From assembly GCF_018977255.1 (NCBI RefSeq), contig NW_024704749.1, positions 7,316,001 to 7,380,000 of the forward strand: a DNA stretch of 64,000 bases, read 5' to 3'. The position numbers were made by a program, and so were the translations under genes. The DNA comes from Callorhinchus milii. Its lineage: Eukaryota. The notes beneath the pieces are model-generated. The model was given only the letters and a program-made list of their open reading frames with translations, ran no database searches and was not told where the DNA came from. Positions 1 through 13,792 of the stretch are shown one piece after another. Every line of letters starts with the position of its first letter. The first letter of the stretch is position 1.

Positions 1-3000
1 CAGCAGTTGGAGGAGGGTTCTCCTCACTGGGTGGGCAGTAGAACCCGGCAGCGCTCTCCTCGCCCCCCGCTCCCTCCATGGCCAGCAGTGCCCGGCGCTG
101 AGCCTGCATCTCCTGCCGCGCGGCCTCCAGGATAGTGCGAATGGCCTCGTCAGAGCCCCCGCCGTGTCCGCTGCTGTTGCCGTTGTTGCCAGCGTTCCCG
201 CCACCGCTGTTTCCCCCGCTTGCCAGCGCCGGCGAGTCTTTGGGCTCAACTAAAAAAACAAACAAAAAAATCAGCCCTTCCCCAACACAAACACTTCCCA
301 CAAACTGACCGACAGACGACCGGCTGAACAACTAACTGACAGATCATCGTTCCGCCCACCAAATACAGTCAAAAAAACACTTTACAGTATATCCTGTGAA
401 GCGCTTTGAGACGTCTCGACAATGTGAAAGGTGCTAAATGCGGTTGGACCATCCTAGATGGTGCACTCAAAATACTCTTCCCCCGCAAGCTCTCTCTTCC
501 CTTCCCCGGGGGCTTGAACCAACGACCCTCAGCCTCACCCTCAGAGGGTGAGAGACTGAGCTGCACCCGAGCGAGTGAGCGAGGGAGAGAGGGAGTGAAT
601 ACGCTGACACCCACTTACCACATTTCTGAGTCTGTAATTCACGCTTGGCCTGCTCCAGGATACTTTTGATGGCTTCGTCGGATCCTGTCTCCGGAGTCCG
701 GATCCTGGGAGTTATATTGCCTGTGTGAGAGAGAAGGCAAGGGGAGAAAGAGAGAGAGAGAGAGGGAGGGGAGAGAGACACCAGGGTTAGGGTCAGTATT
801 GGAGCCCAGTGAGAGACAGTGACCAGCTCGGAGCACGGCCACAGAGAGAACGATCAAATCAAGGTCACGTACCTCTTTGTCGGACCTGGATGGTTCTCAG
901 AGCCAGAATGTTCTGCTCGTCAGAGAGAAACTGCTTCATCTTGATGAAGGGTTCCTTGCCCTTGACCGTCAGCTTGTGCCAGGGTTTGGGCCGGGCCAGG
1001 ATCTCACTGACCGAGCCCTGGGACAGCGCGAGGACATAGTGACCGAACACCCTCTGGCCGATGTTGTGTTTGAGCAGCTGCTCTTTCACCTGGTAGGCGA
1101 TCTCCGTCGTTTCCAGGGCCTCCTCGTCCCCCAGGCTTGAGCCGCTCTCAGGCCCCTCAGTGACTACCTCGGCCCCTCCCACCACCTCGGCCCCTCCTGC
1201 CACCAGCGAAGCCCCCTGGGCAGAGCGGAGCCCCCCGTGGTTGCCTGGCGTCCCACCCGTGTCCTTTGGGGATCCCGGGACCAGGGGGTCATCGCTGGGT
1301 GTGGTCGGGGTGGGAGAAGGAGAGGGGTCTGCAGTTGGCCGGGGAGATGGGGAGGAGATCTCCACTCCCCCCGTAGGGTCTTCACCCGGATGATCCTTGT
1401 CTGCAGAGCCTGGGACGAAGAGACGGCAATCAGCATCAACTGATACCGAGAGAGAGAGAGAGCATTACACACAAAGAGAGACACATACACACAGTTCACA
1501 GGACAGACTGACTGGCTCTCAACAGAGAGGAGACATACACACGCTGATCACAGGATAGAGCGACTTATGATCACAAGAGAGAGAGAAAGAGAGAAAGAGA
1601 ACACGCATATTCCAATCCACATACGGGGAGGTATCCGTGCGTGTGATGTACACGTGGAACTCAGTCTGATTTGGAGATGCTGAAACGTGGATTGACGATG
1701 GGGTTTCCAGGTGAATCAACCACCGTGAGCTTGAAGCTCGACGTGTGTGCGTGTGCATGTGTGTGTGTGCCCGTGTGTGCACGCGTGTGTGCACACGTGT
1801 GGAAGCAGCGATTGGGCGAGTGTGTGTGAGCAAGGAGGGGAGAGGAGATAGTGTTGCTGAAATGCGAGGAGAGAAAACCGTCATCCTACCTACGTCAGGG
1901 TGTGTGCTCCTGTCCTCTCCCTGGCTGCTCTCCGCGACCGCTCCAGTCACCTCCGTCCCCGCGAGGGAGTCCTCGCCTCGAGTGACCGTGCCCTGGACGC
2001 CAACATTAACCCTTTAAACACTCCTGAACGCAAAGCTCTCACAGCCATTAATCCCGTCACATCAGGTGGTTCTCTTTTGAGGGAACAAAACCTGTAACTA
2101 TTATAGAACTGAAGGCCATCATTGCTGGGGTTTCATTCTCTCCACAACCCCCCGCATCTCCCTATTGTGTTAACAGATTATAATAAATAATAACCCTTAC
2201 ATTTGATATAGTGCCTCATCATATCTTCGAGACGTCTCAAAGTACTTCACAGAATATATTGTAGAGGGAATTGACTGTACATTTTGTGGGAGAAAGTGTG
2301 CACAGCAGTGTCCCACAAACCTGGAATGAGTGACCAATTTATTATAATTTTTTTTGTTTGGAAGAAAGGCAGTCTGCCAATTGACTATCAATCGGGTTCC
2401 TACTTACTGCTAGGTAAACAGGCGTGTGGAGTAATAAAACTTGCCAATGTTTTGCCCTGCTGGGAATTGAACCAAGGTTTCGCTTGCGAGGCAAGTGCTC
2501 TAACCACTGAGCTACATGACTCCATGTTACACATTAATATCAGAGACAAATGCATGCTTACCTGTAACCCACAGTCTCCTCCGGACGCCAGGCTCATTGA
2601 TTTTAAAATGCTATAAAAAAAGATAATAAATAAAGTTAAAAGCAACGAGCATTCTTGCATGGCCACCAACAGAAACTCGATCGCCTTAAAATCTCCCCGC
2701 CCCATCTCTCTGTCTCCATCTCATCACCTCTTTTCTTTTCGTGATTGAGTCATTAATCCAGCTCTCTCCCACCTCCCTGAACCCATCTGCATTTTAATAA
2801 TAATCCTTGCATTTGGTACTGCGCCTCATGTCGCTGAGACGTCTCAAAGCGCTTCACAGAATATGCTGTAAAGTGTAGTGACTGTATATTTTGTGGGCTA
2901 AACGCGGCAGCCAATTGCGCACAGCAGTGTCCCACAAACAGTTGAGGCTTGTGTGCAGAATAAGGAGACTTGCTTAAAGTTTCACCCTCGCTGGTGAATC

Positions 3001-5340
3001 GAACCTGGGTCCTCTCGCTTGTGAGGCGAGCTCACTAACCACTACGCTACAGGACTCCGAACGTTAAATCTGATTAAAGATCACTGAGGGTTTCGCAATT
3101 GACTCGAAACTCTCATCTTTTCAGCCGCGCACTGCGACCCACCCTCACGCACCTCAGCTCGGTTTTGATTTCCTCATAGTCCAACTGGACACAGAGCTTC
3201 TCCTCCAGCCTCTAAGAAAAGGGAGACAAAGTGAGGGTCAGAAAGCAGCGCAGTGCAGACTCCCAACGTCAATGAGTGTCGCGATGCACCAGTGTGACCG
3301 GACGGGATTTTGGCTGTGTGCCCTCACTCCCCCCTTCCCCCCCCTTTATCTCCCCCTCACGGCGTTTACCTCCACGGCCTCTGTCTTCTCCGCCAGCTCA
3401 CGCTCCAGCGTCGCCACCTGACTGGCCGAGCTCTCCTGGAGCTCGCTCAGCTCCGCCTGCAGTCGCTGGATCTCCTTCAGGAGCCGCATGATCTCCTGGT
3501 CCTTGTCGGCCATCAGTGCCCCCGGGGGGGAGCCCGAGCAGGGGGTCAGCCCCTTTCCCAGCTCCTGCCCAGCACAACAACAACAGCAAGACACCTCAGT
3601 ACAAACCTTCCCCTCCCCACCTTTTCCACCCCGTCCTACCATCCCCCCCACCACCCCAGGCTGCCACTCCAATCCCCTTCCCCTTCGCAATCGAATCAAG
3701 CTGCTTTTCTCCATCCGTCTTTCCGCTCCGCCTGGGAATGCGGGGTCGCAGTATTCCTCTCTGCTCTCCGCGCTCTCCCATTTCCCTGTCCTCTCGGATT
3801 GAGGCCACAATTGTGGTGAACCCGGTTTTAGGCCCATGTGTGCTACATGTTAGGGAATGTTAGCGCCGGCAGGTTTGCTAAACTGCAGACAGGAGGGTGA
3901 GGGTAGGGGAGAACCGAGGGGCCCCAGTTAGACAGGAAATGCTCCAGGGACACCTTACCCCCACACCAGCCACCGGCGGTGTACGGCATCCCAACCGCGG
4001 CGACGTCACCAAGCTCAGCTGTTCCCGGAGACTCTCCACCTCCCTCTGAGCAGCTTCTGCTCTCTGGAAATGAACCCCCACACACGCACGCACACACGTG
4101 CCCACACACACACACACACACCGACGCACACACAGGCACGCACCCATGCCCACACACACACACACACACGAGCACGCACCCATACCCACAGGCACGCACC
4201 CATGTCCACACACACGCAAGCAACCAAGTCCACACACACACACACACACACACACCGCCCGCCCCCCAAAAAAAACAAATAACAAAAAGTCCAAAAATTA
4301 GTTTAGGGACCAATTTCACAATTCAATTCTAATCTGCTTCCACCCGCCCACAGACACCGGACACTGTAACTGGACGTATTGTACGTTACATTATATATCA
4401 TTCATTCAATACATTATGTATGTTAGACATTGTATTTACCGTTGCATCGACTGTATAGACTGTGCGCATTTGTATAGGTTAGACGTGTTGTGTACTGTAT
4501 ATACACAGCGGCTTGCTTACCTGATTGGCCTTCTCCAGGTTGGTCATGATCATTTCAACTTCGTCCGTCCTGAAAACAATGTCAGATTCCATCACCGTGG
4601 AAATATCAAAACCGGCCATTTGTCACCATTTGTGTGTCATTTGTGGGTGCACGAGGATAGTCGGAGAGGAAGAGAGAGAGAGAGAGACAGAGACACACAC
4701 ACACAGACAGAAAAATACAGAGACAATGTCTGGTAATCTTTCATTTTTCACCCACAATCTCACCACAACCTGAAAAGCAACCAGGAAACTCCCAAGTTAA
4801 GAGTTAATTATTTATGGCCGTGCCCTGATTGTTAATTAACATATTTCATCTTGCAGCCGTTCTGCACCTCAGCATTCACAGGTCCCCGTGTATTAATAGA
4901 CACTCATTAAATCCCACCTTCTCCTGTCACACGGCCATTAACAACCTCCCTCGCTCGGCCCAGAGCAACACCAATAGCAACTGCTCAATGACTGGAATTG
5001 CTCGCTAGCGACACCTGCTGGCAGGACGCAGGCACGGCACGCTCTGCCGGGATTCCTGACTGGCGGATTTGTCAACGACGACAACAACACATTACACTTT
5101 TATAGCCGTCAGGAGGTCTTCCCAGCAAACGCTGATTTCTCCACAATCTTCCCCTCCGGAACGCCGCGGGCAATCGCGCTTCCTTTCACATTTCCCGATT
5201 GCCTCCTCGGCTGAATTCCGGATTCCTGCCTTTTTAACCCAATCCTATTGTGTATCGTGCATTCTCGTCCCTTCTCTCTCTTTCTCCCTCTCTCCTTCCC
5301 AACATGAAACTGTGTCCTCCAGAGTGCTGATCAACCTTCA

Positions 5341-5372
<32 letters not shown>

Positions 5373-8300
5373 GTCCCTGGGAGAAAGCAGGGGTGTGTGC
5401 TGGGCGGGTGGGGGGAGGGTGGTTAGCCAGGACATGAGCTCAGAGATCCTCCCCATTTTGGTGCTTCTCTCGGAAGAACTTCTGACAAACGCTCGGACTC
5501 AGTGACTCACTTGGACGCTGTCTCCTCGTCGTATTTACACCTCAGATGCAACAGTTCAGTCTGTGTTGTCTTGAGAGCTGAGCGAGGTCACGGGAGGCAG
5601 AGGGGGGGATAAAATAAAGAGCGTCAGAGTTTGGCTCAAACCAAGACTGCAACTTACTCTACCTTCCGCCCCCACCACTCACCCCTCCCCCCCCCCAGCC
5701 CCTGGGAGTCTCACACCTCCTCATCGCGTCATTTGTAATAAAATAATAATAATAATTCCTGCATTTGATACAGCACCACAGGAAAATTGTTGTTTTGCAG
5801 GTGAACGCAGCAGCCAATTTGCGCACAGCGATGTCCCTGCAAACAGCCGTGTAGCAACCAAGCGACTGATGATGAATGTTGGCTAGTAATTCACCCCCTC
5901 ACCTCCCCTGCGCCCCCCCGAGAAGGTGAAATCTCTTCCCGTGTCACTGACCTGAGTGAAGGATCATGATTTTCTCCTCCGCTTCCCCAAGTCTGGCAGC
6001 CAGTGTGTGCTGTGCCTCCTCCAGTCCCCTGCACGGCACAAAACACGGCAAGTTCCCACATCACATTTTCCCGAGCTGTGCGAGTGTGTGAGTGAGTCTG
6101 ACTGTCAGTGAGTGAGTGTGCGTGTACATGCCTGTGCGCGCGCGGGTACGTGCCTGTGCGCTCGTGGGTACGAGCCTGTGCGCTCGTGGGTACGAGCCTA
6201 TAAACCGGAAACAGGAGAGAGGAGGGTATGCAATGGACACAGCGCTGGCGGAGGCTATGGGGGAGGGGGTGATGGTGATGGTGTGAAGATGATGGGCGAG
6301 TGGATGAAAGCGCATGTACCGTTCTCGTTCGTCATCATGTTGGGGTGTCAAGTTGTGCTCGGTGGGCAGGGGGCCATCAGTGCTGCTCCGTCGCGTCTCA
6401 TCGCAAACCCCCAGCCTCTCCTCCACTGGGAAATAGTCTGCCACTGGGGAGAGCCAAGGAGGGAACACGGGGTGAGCACAGCGAGAGAGAGAGAGAGAGA
6501 GAGGAGGGGGGGGCGAGAGAGAGAGAGAGACAGAGTGTGAGATCTAGAGAGCGCAGGAGAGAAAGAGAGAGAGAGGAGTGAAAGAATATAAGCAAGATAC
6601 ACAGAAAGATGGGGAAGAGAGAGAGAGAGACACACACGACACACAGACTGAAGGGTGTCCACTTGGGTTAACACAGTAAATCCCTGAGCTCCCAGGTCAC
6701 CCCCCCATCCCACATCCCACTGGCCACCTACACTGCGTGGGGGGGGTGTTGGCCTGTCTGCGTGGCCGCCGGGGCCTGACCTCCCGCTCGCTCCCAGCAT
6801 CGCGTGGGAGCCGCCGCAACTCCTCCTCCAGCGTCCGGGCGGGTCCGAGGGAAACGGCCGCGTCTGGTGGTGGTGGGGGAGGGGAGAGAAAGAGAGAGAA
6901 AAAGAGACATCAGCACGTCCTCAGTCCCGTTTCACTATATCACAATATCTTTTGACTCCCCCCACCCCTCCTTCCCCCCACACACATTTTTGTCTGCCTG
7001 GACCTGCGCCTAATACTTTCTGGAATTCAGTAAGCAGGATGTGTCCGTCCAGGGAGAGAGAGAGAGGTTGGGATGCGTGGAATTCTCAGCTTGGTTTGGA
7101 TTCTCTCGAGCAAGGTGATGGGTTTCCGCATGTGTCAGACACCCGGCATGTGTCAGACACCCGGCATGTGTCAGACACCCGGCTGACCAAAAATACCCTA
7201 ATTATGAGTGAATTAATTATCCCACCTCCATTATTGTAGCATGCGACGACCAGGGTGGTAGAAGGCAGACTAGATGGACCTTGATCTGTTTTCGTCCAGT
7301 GATTCCTAAGTTCCCGTGTTCCTATCTCTCGCGTCCCCACCCACGAGCAAGGTGAGGCGAGAAGCGAGGGAGGGAGTCAAGTTGACTCTTACCTGTCTCA
7401 CCGATCAGTTGCTTGTAAACATTAAGGAAGACAGCCTCGGCCTCCTTGCTCCTCCTACTCAGCGCTACCACCTGGAAGCAGAACAACAGCTGGTGTTTAG
7501 CAGTGTCGCGATTGATTGATTGATTGTTCGGAAAGATGGTTGTTCATGGCACATTCCTGGCAAACAGCGGGCGTGCAATAATAATAATCCTTGCATTCGA
7601 TATGGCGCCTTATCAAGTCATTGAGTCGTCTCAAAGCGATTCACAGAATATACTGTAAAGTGAACCGACTGTGGGAGAATTTCGGCAACCGATTGCGCAC
7701 GGCAATGTCCCACCAACAGTTTTTTTTCCCCCCAAACGGTGAATTGTAAGCCAATCCAAATCGGTGATTGCATCGTTATCTGCTGTGCTGTGCCGTGGGA
7801 CAGCCGATCACAACACACAGGACTTCTGGGTTCTGAACTCTGACAGTAAGCTCCGTGCTCAGCTTCCCCAAACAACGGCAAACAATTAGCTTCTACCCAC
7901 CCCCTCCCTCCATTCCAACCCAACCCTCTCCCCTCCTCTCCTCCTCCCCCAGAAAAAGACACCTCTGCTTGGAAATCACGCAAGCTTCACGTCAATCTCC
8001 CTCCCCCCACCCACCCTCAACAAAAAAAAAGCCAGCTCGCAGCAACACACAGGGAAAGCCCATTGCTTATTGATCAACCGTTATTTCTGGTGCTGGTGAA
8101 TAAGCTTTGCATTTCAGAGAGTCAAGGTGAAGAAACACAGCTGAGTGTGGTGTGCGGTGATGGATGAGGCACAAGTCCTTCCTTTCCCCAGCCTGGTGCC
8201 TGCCTGCCTGCCTTTCCAGCAAAGCAATTAACATTGCGGAATGGGTAATAGCCTAATTAATTACCGGCGTCAGACCCGCATCACGCACCAAAAAAAACCT

Positions 8301-8847
8301 TTTTTTCCCCCACCGCACAAAAAAAAACTTCACAATTAATTCCGAAGGAAAATAGGTTATGAAGGCATCTTAATAGGTGGTTTGAAAAAAAATGCATTCT
8401 AATAATATTACTAATAATAATCCTTGCATTTGATATAGCGGGTTATCGCGTCGTTGAGGGGACTCAAAGCGCATCTCAGATTACACTGTGAAGTGGATCG
8501 ACTGTGTATTTTGTAGGCGAAGCACGACAGCCAATTGTGTACAGTAGTGTTGCACAAACAGTCATGGATTGCATGACCAAATGTTTTTTATTTTTAGGGG
8601 ATCATTACCCCCGGAAAGCAATCCGCCAATCGACTAACAATATACACACACATATATATTTTCAATTAAACAGTGGATTTCACAACTTCAGTGGGAAGCC
8701 CTATGTATAGCGTCAGAAATGAGAGCCGAGTTAATGATACAAGAACAACTTACAGTGTTCTTCACATGGGCAGCGTCTCGGAGCACTTTACAATGGTTTA
8801 CAAGTTTGATCGTATTCCTGGGGTCACAAAATGCACACACACACACA

Positions 8848-8878
<31 letters not shown>

Positions 8879-9802
8879 GTCACTACGGTTTACAGTAACC
8901 TCCCACGGGACGTCCTTCCGGCGTAATGTAAGGCACTTTCCCGAATTATTAATAATTCATTATTAATAATCATTATTATTGTCAGCTCAGAACACACTTC
9001 CCGCACTCTGCGTTCTCACCTCTGTCTGGAAGCTCTTGAGAAGTGGGGCCACCATCTCTCTGATTTCCTGCAAATAAAAGTTTCCTGAACTTTAGAAGAG
9101 ACGAAAAAACCCAAAGCCACGCATACGACCTTCAGCGACAACAACAACAACAACAAGATTGCATTTATAGAGCGCCTTTCGCGTCGGGAGGACGTCCCAA
9201 GGCGCTGGACCTTCGCACCTAGTTTGCAACATTTGTTAAACAGGGTCTCTTAAGGAGGAAACTTACAACTAGTGGGGAGAAGGTGGTGGGGGAGGGGGGT
9301 GGGGGATCTAGCCTTTATCTGCCACTTGCCCGCTGTCCTCCCACAAACTTCAGCTTTGGTGCACTCGACAAAAATGAAGACATCCGCATGCTCCCCCTTC
9401 CCCCATCACCGGTCCGTCCTGTATAACGCAAGGCAGCCCCATCTAACTCAGGAAGATGTTTTTCGCGCCAAGTGGATTAGAAATCTGGAACTCACTCCCT
9501 CCCCCAAATGCCTGTGGATTCTGGAGCCAATCAAATTTTCAAGACTGAGGTGGACAGATGTTTGTTAGGTCAGGGTATCAAGGGAAAAGGGACAAAGGCG
9601 GGTAATTGGATTTGAGGTACAGATCAGCCGTGATCTAACAGAATGTCGGGACAGGCTCAAGGGGCTGAATGGCCTCCTGCTGTTTCCCTACCTGTGGTGC
9701 ATTGCGTTTGAAGTCCCGGCTCAGCTCTATCAGATGCTTGTGAGATCGTTCGCTCTCTTCCTGCCGAGCGACCAGCTCCGTCGCCACCGAACTCAGTTCC
9801 TT
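1..9802 (-). CDS. CUX2: Cut-like homeobox 2 transcription factor, exons 2-17 (partial: exon 1 not found; 3' part continues past the left edge)
   Basis: Phase-consistent GT-AG exons: 9692-9802 ([24 protein letters not shown]), 9020-9067 ([16 protein letters not shown]), 7393-7471, 6732?-6863 (donor uncertain), 6320-6443, 5952-6028, 5511-5577, 4521-4569, 3959-4063, 3370-3564, 3153-3211, 2562-2610, 1890-1992, 873-1409 (CUT repeat 1: [38 protein letters not shown]), 619-720, 1-249. [22 protein letters not shown] and the MYL2/CCDC63 neighbourhood favour CUX2 over CUX1. Confidence 0.92.
2183..2524 (-). mobile_element. tRNA-derived SINE
   Basis: Tail-to-head family match. Further partial copies at ~2796-3058, 7578-7715, 8405-8640, 14940-15400, 15880-16220, 37360-37735, 39204-39445, 53220-53355. 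Confidence 0.75.
6995..7325 (+). repeat. Interspersed repeat with an internal 18-bp tandem (x3)
   Basis: GCATGTGTCAGACACCCG x3 at ~7127-7182. Related copies at ~11485-11650 and ~51630-51800. Confidence 0.6.
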
Positions 9803-12800
9803 CTGACAAAGAGGAGACAAAAGGTTTTAGGAGCCGCCATCTACGCTCCCCATTTCCTTTGGGATTTCCTTCAGGAAAGACGTTAAACCCAGCTCCTCCC
9901 CACCCCCTCCCCTCTCCGCACACACAAACACTGTTCGTCTGTTTCCCCATTTGGCTCCACACTAAAGATCTCCGTTCCCCCCGCGGCGCTGTTCATTAAA
10001 GAGAAGAAAGTTTCTCTCCCAGTGTCCCTGGCTGACAATTCCCCCTCCCTCTCTATTCCCACGTTCCCCCCCTCCACCACCCCGTTACAAAACAGTCACT
10101 CGCTTCACTCCTGCTTATGGGGACGGACACTGCCTGCCGCATTTCGGCTACAAAAAAAAATCCAGTCGCTTGACTTGGCGGTAAATCAAACCTCCTGTGA
10201 AATGCTTCGCGACGTCTCAATGTGAGGATTTACAGCACTCTGAGACTCTGTCCACGCTCCACGGCGGACAATCTGAACACGGTGGTGCTTTCAGCCATCC
10301 TGCCCTGCTTTCTGCATCTCCCTCTGACTCGCTCCCTCCCTCCCTCCCCTTGATCCAAGTCGCATCTCAAGATGCGCCTCTTTGCCCAGTTTGTGGTCTT
10401 CTTTCCTCCCCACCCCAATCCATCCTGAACACCTTTGAGACTTCACCCCAACGTGAGTATGAATGTACCCAACTGCGTTACTTAAAGTGGTGGAAGTGAA
10501 GACCTGGGGGATAGCAGAGAGTGAGTGAGTAAGTGACTGAGTGAGCGAGCGACAGAGAGAGAGTGAGCAAATGAGTGAGAGACAGAGGGAGTGAGTGAGA
10601 GCAATAGAGTGAGCGAGAGCATGAGCGAAATTATGCGAGTGAGCGTGAAATAGAGGGAGCCTGCGAGAGCGAGGGTGCGAGAGCAAGCGTGCGAGAGCTA
10701 GTTGCGAGCATCACACCCCCACAACCCCCCTCGACACACACACACACACACACACACATACATACACAAAGTCTCTCTCTCCCCTCCACCCCCCTCTTTA
10801 CATTTCCATTCCCTTGTCCTGGCTCCGCGGCTAATTGCAATCAGCAGCAGATATCTGACACAGGGGCAGAGTCAGCAGGAATCTTGCTGAGCGAGCAGAA
10901 TCTTTGTCTAAAAATAATCAGATATTCTGCTCGTTGCTGTTAGCTGTAAAGGTAATCAATGGAGCAGGCTCTGGATTCATCAATATATTGATCCCCACTC
11001 CCCTGCCCAGTGCTTGTGTGTGTGTGTGTGTGTGTTGGTGTGTGTTTGTGTGTGTGCGCACGTGCGGTGGGGAGGATTGACTTGACATCAAGAGGTCTCT
11101 GTGCCATTCAGATAAGGCTGGATTTCAGCCAGTTGTTGCTCGTCAAACCCCTATATTCCCTGCGATGGACCCAGAGTGCAACAAAGGGGAGAGAATACTT
11201 CCCCCCCACCCCTCCCCCCACACGTCTGAGATGTGACATGTTCATCGATAAGTCAACCCGATGGGAAATCAATCAGTCACCCAATAATCAATAATCAATC
11301 AATCAGCCGATCAGACAGGGCTGGTAATAGACACACCTCATCCGTAACAGCAACAGAGACAACTTGGGTTTAGGCATCACCCTTCACACAGGCTAATATT
11401 GCAGCAGTTACCCCCTACCCCGCACCCCCCCCCCCCCAGCCACCAGTGCACACTCTGGGGTACCCCCCAAGTTTTGGTTCTTGCCAACCTGCGCCTAATA
11501 CTTTCCAGAATTAGGTAAGCAGGATGCGTCCCTCCAGGGAGGGGTGGGTGGGGGGGAGAGAGAGAGAGAGAGCCATTCCATTCCAATAATCTATCTCTGG
11601 AATTTCCACGATGGTGTTTCCGCACATGTCAGACAGCCGGCTGGCCAAAGAACTGTTAGCCCGAAAGTAAGTCGGTGCAGCCAGAAATCGATTGCCAAGC
11701 TTTCTTTTACATAAAAAGTATACATACAGAATCTATCATTTTTTCTCCCCCCAATCACCCCCAAAAAAAAAACAAGATAACAGATGAATAATGCGACTAT
11801 CAGCCAAATAACCAGAGAAATCTACACAGGAGATGGGGACGAGACATGCTTTATAGTCTTATGATTATTTTAATAAAGGCATTTTTTCAAAAATCGATGC
11901 CGTCCAAATTCATTACAAAAATGTAAGCGCTATATATTTCAGATGGGGAAGTCAGTAAAAAAGGCACCTCGCTCTTGCTCTCACTTTCTTAATATTTTAT
12001 TCACGGGAGAATATTTGACGGTGTTTAACGTGAATAATAAATGATCCTGATATGGATTTTTAGTCAAGAAAGGGGGAGAAAAGTGTTTTTTTTAAAAAAA
12101 AACTCCCCCTCCTCTCAAAGCCCCCTTCCCCTCATCACCCACTCTCCTTCACTCACATACACACACCCGCCCCCACACACTCGCTCACTGAACCCCCCCA
12201 CTCACTAGTTTGCTCGACCTCTCCTCATCCACCCATTCACTCACTCACTCGATGACCCCCCCCCTCACTCGCTCAATGATCCCCCCACTCACTCGCTCAA
12301 CACCCCTCTCGCTCACTCGTCGACCACTCCCACCCACTTGCTCAATCGCCAGCCTCCATCCTCTCGCTCAACACCCCCACCCCCCCACTCCACATGTTTA
12401 AAAAAAATCAGTTTTGATTTACGACGGACAGACAGACCGACAGACCGACAGACCGACAGACAGACAGACAGACCGACAGACCAACAGACCGACAGACAGA
12501 CAGGCAGCTCTGTGTTCCTGGATAAGCACTTCTCACAAACGAACATTTGGGGAGAGAATGGCTTGAATTATACTCTGTTCATAATGCAATTAAACACTTC
12601 ACTGGAAATCGATGTAAAACTGATGAGGCCTGAAAATGGTGCATATGGCTTCAAACAGCCTAACATACTGCCTCCTGCACTGACAAGCCCTCTCAGCAGC
12701 AATTTCAATCTACTTACAGCTCCGTCGTCTAATGGCAGGAGCGTGCGAGTGGGTGGGTGTCACCGCTAACCCAGAAAAGAAAAGGAAAAGGCGGGGGTGT

Positions 12801-13758
12801 GGGGGGGGGGGGGGAGGAAGAGAAGAAAAAACTAAATACACGCAATGCTGTTGTCAGTAATAATAATAATATTAATAGCAATTCTTGGTTTGATCGCAGC
12901 ATCTATCACGTCGGGAGGACGACCCACGCGCTTTTGCGGGATTTAAGTGCGGCAAGCGTCTTTGTGAGCAAACCCGGCGGCCGATTTGCACACAGTGGTG
13001 TCCCGGCTCCTGCATCTGCTCCCTCCCAGACTCAAGACACACACACTCGCGCAGACGCGCAGAACAATAAGTTGCACTTATACAGCGCCCCCTCACGCAG
13101 CACAGCGTCCCAGAGCGCTCGTCAGTGGCGGAGCACGACGCCGAGCCGGGGGTCGAGGAGGAGGTGACCTTAGGCACGGTTAAAGAGGAAGAGGTCTTCA
13201 GGCCCAATTTGAGACCGATACACTCACTCAGACACACGCACACGCACGCACGCACGCACACACAGACCGGGAGGACTAGTTGAGGACGCATCCCCCAAAA
13301 TAGAAAGCGTGGGGCAAATATTTGAAAAGGTAAAAATATGTAACTGGAACGAGGGTCGAGAGCTGCTTTGTAATAGTCCCCATTGCTGCTGGACTGAACG
13401 GCGTGCAAAAAAAAAAAAAAAAAAACCTCATTAATAGCGTCAGATAAACCCCCTCAGGACCTATTAATATCTATAAGATTCATAAGCCGCGGGGGTTATG
13501 GATGAGATGTCATTACTGGAGTGAGGCTGTTTGTATGGAGCATGTTAATGGGGGCTGCGTCGGGAGCTCAGCTCAGTAACAGGCACGAGCTGAACCTGGA
13601 GTCAGCGAGGCGTGCCTTCACTTGTTTTTTTGGGGGGGCAAATAATATATTTATTTGTAGTACGACACATAATAAATAATAATAATCCTTACGTTCGGTT
13701 ACGGCGCCTTTCACAAAAGTCCTGAAGCGATTTACAGGACACAGCGTAAAGCGCGCCG

Positions 13759-13792
<34 letters not shown>

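Noticed and set aside
3843-4332. ORFs rich in HT/CV/SL/RE (also 26971-27474, 13689-14279 and others)
   Set aside because: Translations of (CA)n and (GA)n microsatellites. Only the embedded exons listed above are supported.
9803-9840. ATGGCGGCT just upstream of CUX2 exon 2 as a start codon
   Set aside because: Out of frame with exon 2 and inside the acceptor region.
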